The position numbers and the translations under genes were made by a program. Shown here in pieces: positions 35,476-51,714 of a stretch of 64,000 nucleotides of DNA. This DNA comes from the human T2T-CHM13v2.0 reference genome, Homo sapiens: the NCBI RefSeq assembly GCF_009914755.1, contig NC_060928.1; one strand, written 5' to 3'. Under the pieces are notes generated by a model. It did no database searches, was not told where the DNA came from, and worked only from the letters and a program-made list of their open reading frames with translations. Position 1 is the stretch's first letter. Every line of letters starts with the position of its first letter.

Positions 35476-35790
35476 GGCTGGGTGCAGTGGCTCACGCCTG
35501 TAATCCCAGCACTTTGGGAGGCCGAGGCGAGTGGATCATTTGAAGTCAGGAGTTCGAGACTAGCCTGGCCAACATGGTGAAACCCCATCTCTACTAAAAA
35601 TACAAAAATTAACTGAGCGTGGTGGCGGGCACCTGTAACCCCAGCTACTCAGGTGGCTGAGGCAGGAGAATCACTTGAACCTGGGAGGCAGAGTTTGTAG
35701 TGAGCCGAGATCATGCCATTTTACTCCACCCTGGGGAACAAGAGGGAAACTCCACCTAAAACAACAACAAAAAAAAGATAAAAGAAAATA
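35476..35790 (+). mobile_element. Alu (AluSx-like)
   Basis: Full Alu; flanking gagtttg direct repeat. Confidence 0.97.
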
Positions 35791-36721
35791 AGGAGTTTGG
35801 CCAATACCAAAAGAGTGCAATATGTATATTCAAATGAAACAAAATTAAGTATGTCTTCCCCAGAATATCTGTAGTAATTGGGTAGAATGCTGGAGTTTTC
35901 ACTAAACATGTAAACTTTTAATCAAATTACCTAAGTACACATGGTTCAGGAAGGACATAATAGGAGGCAGTCCAGAGACTGATAGACCTCTCCCATAGGG
36001 GCAAAACAAAACAAAAACCACCAAACACACATTTACTCTAAAAGGAAACATAATCTACAGAAATATAACTCTATGACAATAGAAACAACATTTTATATGT
36101 TAATGAGAGCTGTCTAGATCCTCAAAATAGAGCCTTTGATTTGTCTTAATAAACTCAAAATTATCCCCTCTCCCAACCAAATTGAGGGGTTTCTCTTCAA
36201 ACATGAACAGATAATGCTGAATTAAAGAACTCAAACACATGAAAATACTTGTTGTATAACTCTATTTATGAGAAATGCCTAGAAGAGATACAAAATACAC
36301 TAGTGGCTACCTGGGGCTGTGAGTGGGAATGGGGGTTGTAAATGGGCCCAAAGGATTTTATTTGGTGATGAAAAATGCTCAAAAACTGGATTATGGGAGT
36401 GAATGCACCATAATGAATGTGAATGTGGGTCAGATACTCCTTTTCTATCTTGTAGCTAAGCCCTCTGGAATATATGGCTTCCAGGGATGATATGATAGAC
36501 ACTTAGCATTTTCTTTGAAAATGTGCACAGGAGTATGTGTTATAAAATCATAACATTATAAACTGTATAAATGGCCTACATTAAGAAATGAGGGTAATTA
36601 TATCAATTTGAACACTGTGCAAAAATTTAGAATTAAATATTATAAAGTAGATTATTATGGAAAGAAGAAAATAAATAGACTGATTCAACTTAAGAAGTTG
36701 AATACAAAGAATAGCAAAATT

Positions 36722-37019
<298 letters not shown>

Positions 37020-37424
37020 GCAAAATTGATTAATAAAATTTAGTTTGAATGAAACTAGTCACTAGGAAATCAAAAGCAAAAATAGATTAAAATCTGCAAT
37101 TTTGACACATCTAATTAACATAATGAGAGTAAATACAATTATAAATAATATAGTTTGATTGAAAATTGATTATATAAAGGACACTTCTGCAGAGTCATGT
37201 TGCAAAGCAGCTATTACAACAAAGTTAAAGATCATTCATAGTTAGTAGCCTACCGCTCATAACTTCCTAAATATGGATTTATATTCATATTTATTTTTAA
37301 GATGATAAGTATGTTCTAAAACTGACTGTGGTGATAGTTACACAAACCTGTAAATATACTAAAATCAGTGAATTGTACATATAAATGGGTGAATTGCATG
37401 GTATGTAAATTATCATCTTAATAA

Positions 37425-37726
<302 letters not shown>

Positions 37727-38723
37727 TATAAAACTTTTTATTTAAAAAAATATTTTTGTGAACTTCAAGTTCTGCCTTTTTTAAAGCCAGAAAAATAAAG
37801 CGTGATTATAGATTCATCACAGTCTAAAATAATATGTGTCAGGTATTTTGGACAGCCAGGAGTTAGAGAACACAGAAAAGCTACAAAATCATACCAGGCT
37901 TGTCAACTTGTTCCTGAGAATCAAAGATCAAGACCTACCATATCAAGGCAGGAAGTCATTATTCCAGCACAAATAAAGCCAATTATTGGTTAAAATTAGA
38001 AGTGGAACACATCAATAAATAAATACATAAATAAATAAAAACATCCTGATAAAGACTAGAGGGATGTGAGGGGTAGAAAAAAGAGTTATGAGACAATCTT
38101 AAATCAGAGAATTTTAAAACACTGAAGCCTGAGAGAATGGTAGTCTTTTATTTTGATGTTTTCACTAAAAATGTTAGTAAATCATATTTTCCAGGAGTCA
38201 AATGAGTCAGTTATTTTAAGTGTTAATTACTGGTTTTATAAATACAAACTATATGACTTTGATGAGTAATCAAGCACAGTGATATTGAGCACTTCTCTTA
38301 GGTAATGTGGTTTCATTTTCAATGGAGGTAGAAATCTCATTAAAAATAAGTTTAAAAGAAAATAATTTTTTCTGATGGAGTCAATCCTAGCGATAATTAC
38401 AGAGAGAGAGATGTGTGCCCACACATATATACTCAACAAAACTAAATATGAAATAGTGAGACACTAACTCAGGTTAAATTGCTTTCTATTTACTACTCTT
38501 CTATTTCAGCCAGTCATATTTTGTAGAGCGATGAGTCATGTAAATACTGAAAAGCACTAATGTGCAAGGCATATACAAAATTGTGGAAGCAAGAAATGGC
38601 CTTTTTAATTTTATTATATGGGCATTGCACATTTTAGCATCCTGTTGATTTTTAAATCTTGTATAGGCAATGAATGTAGCACTAAATAAAAGAGAGCCAT
38701 TTATTAAAGTTCAGGGAACTTAC

Positions 38724-38863
38724 CGGTGTGCTGCTGTTCGCTGTTGTCCTCTGTTGCCATGGTAACAATATCTTCTATGCAAAATGGGGTTGGGTGGTTG
38801 TAACTACCCACTGTTTCTATGTCTTTGGAAGGGTATGATGTTGTTAAATTGGAAGCATCATAG
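38724..38863 (-). pseudogene. Exon of the minus-strand gene, 140 nt, frame still open
   Basis: Acceptor taagcccag|C and strong donor CCG|gtaagt; phase 2-1 reading YDASNLTTSYPSKDIETVGSYNHPTPFCIEDIVTMATEDNSEQQHT without stops. Confidence 0.55.
38753..38766. promoter_or_regulatory. RFX X-box, perfect consensus
   Basis: GTTGCCATGGTAAC matches GTTRCCATGGYAAC. Confidence 0.6.
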
Positions 38864-39390
38864 CTGGGCTTAAATTTAAGAAGTTCAGAAGAGAATCATA
38901 ATGCTCATTTACAGAAGAGATTTTTTTTTAACTGTAGACATAACGGGAAGAAAATAGGACTTAAACATATGATAAATTATTAGTAAGGAAAGGTAGGGAA
39001 GGAAAAGTTTACAGATTTTGTGTTATCCACTTCTTTACCATTTGATACAATCCCTCATCACTTGAACTAATAATAATAAATTATTTGGCCATTTAAAGAA
39101 AATTCACAAGGAAGTGCTATGTATTTTGACTTCATAGAATATATTCTATAGCTTTATGTTACGGCTGATCATCTGTTTAATAAAATTTCAGTGCAGCAAA
39201 AAACTCTTGGGGGAAAGTTCTATTCGTCTCAAACACTTTGTTGAAATTATATAATTCTGAACTGTACAGTTCCTTTGGAATACTATATTATTCTCTCAAT
39301 TTTCAATAGTAATCCAATTTCTGTAACTTTCAGCTCGGTGGATTTTGAATAACTAACAGAAAGTATGTAGCTTAGCTCACAGTGAAATAC

Positions 39391-39619
39391 CTTTTTTATT
39401 GCTTCTAAGATATTTGTTTCTTGCTATATTGAAGGCACTTGCTAGTCTCAAATAGATTTTCATTTGTCTTCTGCTCAAATAAGTGAGTCATAAAATTGGG
39501 TCAGAAAGGGGAATGCCACTGAGTAGGCTTTATTCTATATATTATCGATCTGACTCTGTAGTAACTGCAACCCTGATGAAATCTAGTTCTTCATCTACTG
39601 CACATCTTCACCTGCCCAG
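39391..39619 (-). pseudogene. Exon carrying the dynein terminal W-x4-V-x-L-like motif, with stops
   Basis: Acceptor gctacattcag|C TGG; joins in phase 2 to 46818 to give LPRSIWAGEDVQ*M, compared with dynein P..HWxxRGVALL; donor AAG|gtattt at 39391 is uncertain. Confidence 0.45.
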
Positions 39620-39703
39620 CTGAATGTAGCTTGAGACAAATACAAGATGATACTGATTAGCCACCTTCTAAATTTATGACTATGAATATTGACTGAGCAT
39701 TAA

Positions 39704-40034
<331 letters not shown>

Positions 40035-40119
40035 TATACTTCCTTATTTAGACAGTTATTTCACACTATCCCTTCTGTTTTCTCTGACCTCCTCTTTTTC
40101 TACTCCCACCTGTCCACCC

Positions 40120-40590
40120 TTTTCTAGCTACAGTGTCCTCCTTACAGTTCTTTCTTATGCAATTTTGTTTTAATGACTTCTGTGTTCCATTCTCCCTCTC
40201 CCTGGAATACCATTCCTCCATATATTCGCACGGTTAACCACCGTAGTGTCTTCGAATCTTTACTTAAATGTTGCCCTCCCAGTGAACTGTTCTCTGGAAC
40301 TTCTATTTAAATTGTCATATGGCCAAAATTTCTGCACACACTTACCTGGCACTTCTAATCCCCGTTACTTTTCTCTAGTTTTTGCATTGCTCACATCATC
40401 TTCTATCATACTACTTAATTTAATATTAATTATATTCCTAGTTTTTGGGCAGTCCCCTCAGTAGCATTTACACTCCAAAGGATAGGAGTTTTTGTGTGTC
40501 TTATTGATCGGTTTGATATTTAAATGTTTCCCAAGCACGAAGAAGTTATTTAATAGACATTTATTAGATAAATAATTGAATAAATAAGTT
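40120..40590 (+). mobile_element. L2 3' fragment
   Basis: ccctggaataccattcctcca...tacttaaatgtt...ctccaaaggatagg...tgaataaat are L2 3' motifs. Confidence 0.6.
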
Positions 40591-41110
40591 TGTTATCTGC
40601 CTGCTTTCCAGGTTTTATTCCTCTCAAGTATATAGTGCCCGGTTTTTTAGAATGATACCAAATACTTTCTCTCTTTGGAGTTCTGAATGAAGCTTTAACA
40701 CAGGCCACACCAAATTAGACCACCACTTTGATTTTGGTTTATAAAATGCTGTTGTGTACATTTTTGCTTTATTTGTATTGTTAAAAACCAGTGTTGTTAT
40801 TCTGTAATAGTTTAAATTGACTCATAATCACATATATCAACTAGGCTCCAAATGTTTTGATACATTTAATCGATCTTTAGAATGTTTCTGGCAAATTAGT
40901 GTTGTTAGGCATGGCTAAAATTTTTGCTCAAGAGAGCAATATGGCTATTACCAAATACAGTTTTGAGCAGATACTATCATTGTGCTGTGTACATATACCT
41001 ACTTACATTTAGTTCTTCAGTGACAAAACCTGTAGTGAACAAAACACAAAAGGTTTTATAATTCCTACAGTTTTTGTTGTTATTTAATATCTGGCTCAAT
41101 TTCTTTTTGA

Positions 41111-41486
<376 letters not shown>

Positions 41487-42274
41487 TAAATTCAATGTAC
41501 TGCATGAAATTCTGTTTTCCATCTACTTTATTCTAAGACTCCATTTATGCGTGTGTATGCAGATAAGAAAAATGTATGTTTGTATTTGTTGGTTTATTTA
41601 TTTAAAACATTATGTTAGGCATTCAATAAATGAATCCTGGTGATATAAATATAAATAAACCATAATGTTGCACCAATGCTTCTGTTTGGAAAAAATTAAC
41701 CGTGACAGTCCAGTTGGAAATAGAGACACACCAACATATAATTACAATAAAATATAGTGAATATGGCAAATAATAAAGATATATTTTTACATAAGAATTT
41801 TAAAATATAATAGAAGAACAAAGAGACAAGGAAAATTAGAAGCAAAGATGGCTGTCAGGATTTTGTTTGAATATAATCTATAGTTATTTCATTAATCAAG
41901 ATGTAAGAATGCTACAACAGTAGTTGACTTTTTAAAATGAGACACATTGAGATGATGCATTGATTTTGATGAGCTAGTGTGATTTTTCTAATAGATATTT
42001 CTAATAAGAAGCTTTAAATGTTTATCCAGAATTAGTGAAAGGGGTTGTGAAAAGAGGTAAGGATTTAGGATTAATAAAAATATAGCTCATTTGAAGAGAG
42101 TGGACATAATTGAGTTAAAGTAAATGTGATGGTGATTGTCAACTAGAAGGACCATCCCACCTTTAGATATATATATCTAAACCTGGTGAGTGCATGGTGT
42201 AAGATTATTATGTGATTTATAAGAGAATATTTAGTATTGTTAAAGTAGTTTATGAACTATATATTTGGAAAACA

Positions 42275-42739
<465 letters not shown>

Positions 42740-42949
42740 TTATTTGCAACCAGACTCTTCATAAATGCTCTCTATGGGTGGACATATTTTTTAAAAACTC
42801 CTGTGGGTAAATTGTTTCTATTTATATAAAAATATAAAACAACAGAATGAAAAATAAAATCCTAGAAATTAAATCCAGGATTTCGCTGAAATCGTTCAAT
42901 CAGAAGTACTCATGGTAGATTTGGGTACTTTTCCTAGAGTTGAAGAGAA

Positions 42950-44680
42950 GCAGCATTGTGTAAGTACACTAGGCAGTGTTGTATTAACAGAATTTATTGG
43001 AGCAATGAAGGATCTACTGAAGCAGATTGTTTTGGTAGGAAGTTTCTGTTCCTATATCATAGCTAAAGTAGCATTTTCCTAGAAACAGAGTTAATAGACA
43101 CAACTTCCCAATTCCCAAATTCCATGTAGGGCACTATGTTCCCATAACCAGCTGTTGTAGAGATCCCTTCCTCATTCCCAGGTTTTGATGAAAGCAGCTA
43201 ATTTTGGAGCTACCAGTTTACAAATGAGCATCATGATTTATTAACAGATATAGCAGTGTCCTTAGGGTTCAAAGTGCATATTTGGCGGGGAGTCATTGTT
43301 GGTTTCAGTTCAGGCCTTGCTCTGGCAGCCCTTCTAATTATTTGTAAGTATCTGACACCTTACATTAAAACCACTTTTATTTAAAATAGCTAAAGTGTGG
43401 TTTTTAATGTCTGCAACTCATATTGTGTTTAGTACCGAAAGTAGGTCTATGTAATAGATATTTTTGGATGGGAATGTAATCTGTTTTATTGAAGTCAGTG
43501 AGAATCTGATTGATGTTATAGGACAGGAAGCTGGTGTTCCATGCTACATAGAGCTGAACCCTGATTATTTGTGTTTAGCTGGAATAAATTGTCCTTTGAA
43601 AACAACTTGAATAGGTGGAGTGATAAATGACATAGTAAAATATGATAGGTATGATAGATACAAGTTAGGCTGTCCTGTGCAAAACAGAAGTAAAATATCA
43701 GGTTATATCTTCAGGGATAGTGACTGATCCAGAGATTTGTTATGATTTCTTGAAGATAATCTCTTAAACTTTTAAGCTCCAGGGCTCATAAAGCCAAAAT
43801 TAAGACCTAGAGTTTGATCCAGCAAATTTCTGAAGTAAATGTAGAATGACTTCAAAGCATTTTATGAAATAGTTAAGACATTCACTTGTGAATTGTAAAG
43901 CTGACATTTTACAAATTTTTTAAGTTGTAAAATTTTACAAAATTTTCAATAATTCTGAGTACACTTGCAAACCAAGTATCTCTTTTCTATGCCAATAGAA
44001 ATAGTTCCTAATTTTCTGTTTAAAGAGGCTTGCCTGAAACAATACCAAATCCCTAGGGATATCACAGAGATTACTGCATAAATAAAATCTTAAATAAAAT
44101 AAAAGTTGAGGAAACATATTACAAGATCCTTTTGCTCAGTTGTTTTGTCTGTGAAAGAAGATATTTATTCCTTGAAAAATTAATGTAAGTTAATTAAAAA
44201 TTAGATAATGTCTCCAGTTGAATATGGTATTTATACTGGACAAAATGGTACACAGGTATTAACTGGAGAATAATTTTTACTTCAAACAAATAAATAGAAG
44301 AATTCTGCTTTCACTTGACGGGGACAGCAGAACACATTTCTGCTTTTCTCAAGCATATATCAACTCTCCTGGGAGAAACTGATCATTTCATCATGCCATA
44401 GAACATCATGTTGGTTCAATGCATTGGTGATATCATGTTTACTGAACTTAGTGAATAGAAAACAGCAGGTATCTGTATGTATCTAGATGGGGTACGTATA
44501 TGGCAAAAAGCGGCCTCTTGCTTGAGTAGAGTTTCTTAGGATTCAGTTGTTCTGATACCTGAAATAGTGATTCAAATGTGAAAGATAAATTGGGTGGTCC
44601 CCTGTACACTCTACCATTATGAAAGATATACTGTGCTCATATATGAAAGCATCAAATACCACATTTGGGCACACTTCTTT
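42950..44680 (+). mobile_element. Degenerate ERVL LTR plus internal (gag/pol) remnant
   Basis: 44290-44480 resembles ERVL RT (FAFTW.GQQ.TF; QNITLVHYIDDIML) at the DNA level: gctttcacttg..ggacagcag, aacatcatgttggttca..gcattggtgatatcatg. Confidence 0.65.
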
Positions 44681-44689
44681 GGCTCAGCT

Positions 44690-45740
44690 GCTGTGATTAT
44701 GGTGTGCCTTTATGGGGTTTTTTATGCGTATTTGCTTGTGGTCCATTATATTTCATGAAACTGTAAATTTATAATTTTCATCAAATTTGGAAACTTTTCA
44801 GCTATTAGTTTTTCAAATATTTTGCTTCCCCTTCCTCACCCAACCCCATTTTTCCTCTCCATTTGGGACTCCAGTTACATCTAAAGTAAACTGCTTGATT
44901 TTTTTCTCACATGATGCTTTTTTCATTTTTTCTTCAGACATTTTTCTCTCTGTGTTTTAATTTGGACTGGTTTATTGTATGTCTTCAAATGTATTATTTA
45001 TTAACCTTTTCTTCAATGATGTTAAATCTGCAGCTAACTCCACCCAGTGTATTTTTATCAGATACTATGTTTTTCATCTCTAGAAGTGTAATTTGGATCT
45101 TTCTATAACTTCCCTTACTTGCTTAATTATGTTCATGTTTTTCCCTATATTTTGAATATGTGGTATGTATTTGTAATTGCTCTTTCAATGTCTTTATCTG
45201 ACAATTCTGTCGTTTATTCTTATGTATCTACTAATTAATATTCTCTTGATTATGGATTATATTTAGTTTATTTGCATGCCTGATCACTTTTGTTAGATGT
45301 CACATTTTGTGATTTGTATTTTTTGATGATATATTTGTATTTCTTCAAAGAGTGTTGGGCTTTTACTGCAATGTAGTTGAGTTACTTGGACTCAGTTTGG
45401 AACGTTAAGGCTTACTTTTCAACTTTGTTAGGGTAAATCCAGAGCAGTTTTTAGCTTGGGGCTAATTTCTCCTCACTGTGAAGGCAATACCCTTTGAGGA
45501 CTCTACTTCTACTTGATACTCCATGTAGTAGGAGGTCTTTCCATCTTACTGATGAGAACATAAAAAGTCAATAAGTCCAATAAGTCTGTGTGAGCTCTTG
45601 GGAATTTTCCACCTACTTTCTGGCAGTAACTTTTTTGTTTTATGTCTTCCATATAGTTTCCTCACAACATGGACAGATCAGCAGCCAGCTAATCACTTGT
45701 ATAGACTCCCTACATATACATGAGGGTTTTTCTCTCTCTC
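44690..45740 (-). mobile_element. Old L1ME/MC fragment
   Basis: tcatcaaatttggaaacttttcagctatta...gggactccagttaca is antisense L1M ORF1-like sequence. Confidence 0.65.
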
Positions 45741-45759
45741 TTTCTGTGTGTACATGTGT

Positions 45760-46540
45760 GGCAACCAGGGGCTGCAGCAGAGGGAATGGGGGGATACTGG
45801 CCAAAGGGTAGAAAGTTGCAGTTACAAGTAAGTTTATTGCCATGCTGTTTACAACAGGAAAGACATGGAATCAACCTTGGTATCCATTAATGGTGGATTG
45901 AATAAAGAAAATGTGGCACATGTACACCACAGAATACCATGCAGCAATAAAAAAGAACGAAATCATATCATTTGCAGCAACATGGATGGAGCTGGAGGCC
46001 ATAATCCTAAGTGAACTAATGCAAGAACAGAAAACCAAATAAATACTGTATTGACTTATGTTCAACATGCAGGTCTATCTTATAAGTAGAGGCAAAACAT
46101 TGAGCACACATGGACATAAACATGGGAACAGTAGATACTGCAGACTGTTAGAGGGGGAAGGGAGAGAAGAGGGTATAGGTTGAAAAACTACCTATTGGCT
46201 ACTCTGCTCACTACCTGGGTGCAATATACTCATGTAATAAACCTGAATATGTATCTAAATAAAAGTTGAATTGAAAAAAATGATGAGTAAGTTCAGGAGT
46301 AAGTAGAGCATGATGACTACAGTTAATAATACTGTATTGTATACTTGGAAGTTGCTGAGAGAGTAGGTTTTAAGTACTGTCGCCACACACACAAGGTAAC
46401 AATGTGAGATGATATGTTAACAAGCTTGATTGTAATTATTTCATAATGTGTGTGTATAGCAAAAGATTATGTCGTGCACTGTAAAATACACAATTTTATT
46501 TGTGAATTATATCTCAATAAAGCTGAAAATAAAAAAAGAA
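45760..46540 (+). mobile_element. L1MA 3' end with a nested L1PA/PB 3' end (about 45835-46285)
   Basis: Outer element reads caaagggtagaaagttgcagtt...agtaagtt then agtaagttcagg...tactgtattgtatacttggaa; inner element contains ggatggagctggaggcc; agtaagtt is repeated at both junctions. Confidence 0.85.
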
Positions 46541-46817
46541 AGACAACTACATCCATTCAATACCTGAATTAAAAGGTAAAGCAGATTTAAGAACTATATG
46601 TACTCTATTTTTAGCATACTTGGATTACACTTTAGGATAGCATAATGATCAAAATGTAACAATTTTTTTCTCAGTTCTTGTTTTCAAATCTTGATCCAGT
46701 CTTCATCATGAGTATGTAAAAAGAATAAAGTCTACTTTTTCCTTTTCTCTCATCTCCAAAATGCTAGTAAAAATAGTTCTGTGAAAATTAAATGACAATG
46801 TACATTAATCACCTTAC

Positions 46818-47036
46818 ATAGATCTTGGCAAAGCAATTTCCAAATAAACGCGAGCTACTACTAAATGGGCAGCCCTTAACATATTTGGCGCTAAATTCTT
46901 ACTATAGATGTCAAATTGGCATTTGTGTGCAGTTTCTCTTTGGCTTATGGGTTCCTTAGACTCAACAGCATAAAGCAACAACACTGGTAATTCAACAGAT
47001 ATTTCAGCCATGGAATGGCTGTGCTTCCAAAGTTAA
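46818..47036 (-). pseudogene. Dynein-heavy-chain C-terminal-like exon with a +1 frameshift
   Basis: Acceptor aactacttcag|TTA and donor AT|gtaagg; LTLEAQPF /fs/ MAEISVELPVLLLYAVESKEP...KCQFDIYSKN...HLVVARVYLEIALPRS resembles dynein L.E..PK.L...MPVI...A...Y.CP.Y...V.L...P. Confidence 0.65.
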
Positions 47037-47128
47037 CTGAAGTAGTTAAATCTCAGCCAGAATGAAAAAGAGAATTTTATTACTGTCCTAATTGCTGGCC
47101 TTATATGAAAGTCAGTGATAGGACTTAC

Positions 47129-47272
47129 AGATTGTAGATAGAAACATACTTCTATATGTGACTTTTCCCCATTCTCTGAACTGAATATTAGCATTTCTGC
47201 CTTTGATTTCCCACCGCTTGCTATTTGCAACACATTTTGTTTTCCCAAGTAAATAAGACTCTCTGGTGGCAC
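47129..47272 (-). pseudogene. Exon of the same decayed gene
   Basis: Strong acceptor ttcttccttgaattctcttcaag|GTG; donors GAA|gtatgt (47150) or TCT|gtaagt (47129), both phase 0 and matching the next exon; VPPESLIYLGKQNVLQIASGG... Confidence 0.55.
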
Positions 47273-47617
47273 CTTGAAGAGAATTCAAGGAAGAAATAGA
47301 GTTAAACAAGTTAGCAATTATGATTAAATTAAATCTATATTACACATTGATTAATTTGTGTTCAGTTCACAGTTTTTCTTTAAACATTATTTGCCTTTTT
47401 GTTGTCATTTGTGAGAAAATGCTTAAGGTTTAAGCACATGAATGACAAATTTTCTTAACATTTCAGTAAGTGCTCAATCATTTTAAGATGTAAGTTCTGC
47501 CAACTATTGTCAGCAGCAAATTGTACACCTTTTAATATCACAGCATGGTTCATATTTTCTATGATCAATTAAACTCTAAGAGTATATAAACTTAATTATA
47601 CCAAAACTAACTTTTAC

Positions 47618-47781
47618 ATATGGAGCTCTTTGACAAGAAACCTGTGAAGGGTTTGAGGTTTACCAGACAACCTGGCATACCAGTTGAATGTCAGTATTCC
47701 ATGGTTTATAACTTTAATTTTATTCAGAGTTTACAAAATAATATTTACTTGAAAATATCAAATTTGGATATTTTTTGGTAA
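47618..47781 (-). pseudogene. Weak candidate exon
   Basis: Acceptor ttttcaacag|TTA and donor AT|gtaaaa; reading LPKNIQI*YFQVNIIL*TLNKIKVINHGILTFNWYARLSGKPQTLHRFLVKELH. Confidence 0.2.
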
Positions 47782-48372
47782 CTGTTGAAAATTTGTTCAT
47801 CATGTGACGCAAATTATTTTTTCCTTTGTATTTATCCACATAGTAACTTTCTTTTGAATCTAGTGATACATAATAAAATAAAAATGGAATGGGTCCCTGT
47901 AGTAAATAATAAAACTTATGTTCTTGATGGTTTCAATTTTGTCTTCATCACTGGAAAACACATTTTTATTAACTAATACGTATGTGGTATTAAATGTATT
48001 TATTTCTTCCCATTAAAATATTAATTCTAATGTTTTCAAATGATTTCACATTACATACAACCCCAAATCAATTTGAAATTAAATTTGTTTTGCTTTTAAT
48101 TTCCGAATTCAAGGGTAAATCAGTTTAAGAACTATTTGTAATCTATTTAAAAATAGAATTTTATAAATTACATATAGTAGACATGTTTTACTATATATAG
48201 ACTATCATATTAAAGAAGACTGTATTATTTCACACTACTTCTGAAACTGAATTAACAAATTTTTTTTTCTTCAGAAAAAACCTAGATGTGAAGATAGAAA
48301 GCAAAAGGTTAAAATAATACCCTCGTGGTTTTCTTTTTTTTTTTTTTTGAAATGTAAGTCTTTCCAAAACCT

Positions 48373-49608
<1,236 letters not shown>

Positions 49609-49853
49609 TCAGTTGTTTTCTACATATACAGATAGACAGAAAAATAGAAAGGTAAATGATAGACAGATAGGTAGGTAGGTTGATCAATAGATGTATTTGC
49701 TGTTGTTTGGTTTTGTTTAGTACCCGTAGTAAGAATTATGTTTTGTACCAGGACATGGACACACACACCCCCCCCCCACACACACACAGACACACATTGG
49801 TACACACACATAACAAAATTTTAAAAAATAATCTTTATCCATTTTATAAGGAG

Positions 49854-50190
49854 TGTGATAGGAAGAATAGTGGACATCAAAGGTTTCCATGTCCTAGTCA
49901 CCAATACCTGTAAATAGGTTACATGGCAAAGGAGAATTAAGTTTGCACATGGAAATTAATTTGCTAATCAGCTGACTTGAAAATAGTGAGATTATCATGG
50001 ATTATTCAAGTGGATCCAATGAAATCAGAAATCCTTAAATGTGGAAGAGTCACAGTCAGAGAGGGAGATGTGATAAAAGACTTAGTTAGAAGTGATTCCC
50101 ACCACAGCTCTGAAATTGAGACTTCAAGACCTTCAGTCAAAGATGGCAGAGTGTGAGATTTTACCCAGTTGTTTTCCTGGGGGGACAGAG
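49854..50190 (+). mobile_element. MLT1D/E-like MaLR LTR fragment
   Basis: tgtgataggaagaatagtgg...catggcaaaggagaattaag...gctaatcagctgac...gagattatcatggattat. Confidence 0.8.
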
Positions 50191-50199
50191 ATAATTAAA

Positions 50200-50390
50200 A
50201 GTAGTGAATCTACATCAGAATTAGTTGTAAGCTATTCACAGTCCAGGTTTCCAGCCTCAACTCCAGAGACTGAAATTTAGTACATCACAGTGAGCCTAAA
50301 CATTGTTTTGAGTTTTTGATTTCGTTGTTGCTCTTGTTTTTCAACTCTTCATGTGATTTTGATGTAACCAAGTTTGGGAAATACAGAATT
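50200..50390. mobile_element. MER5-like hAT fragment
   Basis: catcagaat...ctccagagactga...gtgattttgatg...aagtttgggaa. Confidence 0.55.
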
Positions 50391-51145
50391 AAAACAGTCG
50401 TGATTCCCAAAGGACGATGGCAGTGAGGGGTGCAGTGACGTGAAAAATGGGCATACCAAAATCACCTGGGAAATTTTTTCCTAATTTCATCTGATTCTTC
50501 ATCTACACCTAGTAACTCTGTGTAATATAGTGATATCACTTCAGAAATTTGGGAATAATTTAAAGATTTGTGTAATTGGATAAAGATCCCCAGGTAAGTT
50601 TCACTATCCCTCACTGCTTTTACAACAATTGAACTACAGATTTGGTAGAACTAAGGAGAAAACCCTTTAAAAAATGTTTAATGAAGGTTTTTTGTTTTTT
50701 TTTTTTTTAAATGCACTAGACATTAGTGAAACCAAAATGGGGAGATAGCATAAGGGACTGACAAAGACTCTAAGAAGGGAGCCAAATGAGGGAAGCTGGG
50801 AGGACAGCCACGTTCAATATGCCTGTATGTATCATGTCATAGTTATGACAGGAATTGTGAGGCACTTTAGGAAGCTTTGGTGATTCCTTTTGAAATGTAG
50901 CAAGGTCTGCAACACCCTCCCTACCCCAATCATTCAAAAGTTGCAAAGGGCTAGGTTAAAACAAGGAATGGCAGGCAATGGAAGACTGATCTTAGGTTTT
51001 TATAAGAGAAAGCATTGACATTAGGATAATTATTTTATGGCTCATCTTGATGAAACATCAGCAGTACATTTAAGTCTGTTTTATGCATTAGACTTCTTGT
51101 TGTAAAAGGGATTATGATGACTTAAGTAAAGATTGCATATCGTAC

Positions 51146-51310
51146 CTCATTCAGAGGTGCTTTAGAAAGAAGACTAAGGTTAGCTGATTTGTTCATAAAT
51201 GTTTACTTGAGCTGGGATCGCAATATAAAGCCCTTTATGAGAATAACTTCTTACGTACGTAAAAATGCATTGTAAGGTGTCACTGTTATTTCGAATTCCC
51301 AGTTACGTAA
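51146..51310 (-). pseudogene. Dynein-C-like exon (165 nt, phase 0-0) with two in-frame stops
   Basis: Acceptor atacctttctcctag|TTA and donor GAG|gtacga; LRNWEFEITVTPYNAFLRT*EVILIKGFILRSQLK*...APLNE resembles dynein LD.....EVT.. and GVY..GL.L. Confidence 0.55.
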
Positions 51311-51714
51311 CTAGGAGAAAGGTATATTTCAAAATACAAGGGACTACACTGCCAAACATTTTTTGAACCAATTTTGAAAAGATTATTTCCTCCAACTAGT
51401 ATATTTTAACCTGAATTTCTGTCATTGTCAGGCTGTCATGCTTCCTCAGGCCACTCCATTAGGTCACAGAGACCGTATCTTACATATGATGTGGTAAATT
51501 ATGTAGGGGTAACATATGACTCCCCAAAACCAGTTGCTTGCAACAACAAAGGCTTGTATTTTGCTCATAACACAGAACACAGTCCACTGTGACTCAGGTG
51601 TGGCCCTGCTGCATGTCATCTTCATTTTGGGACCAAGCTTTTCTCATCAACCTCTTCCTAGAATATCACCAGTCATCATATCATTGTGGAATAAGAAAAG
51701 GATGGAAAAATGCA

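Noticed and set aside
47150-47272. WD40-like reading of LIYLGKQNVLQIASGG...LIFSSENG
   Set aside because: An isolated resemblance. Flanking exons fit the dynein C-terminal motif order better, although the correct frame of this exon is not certain.
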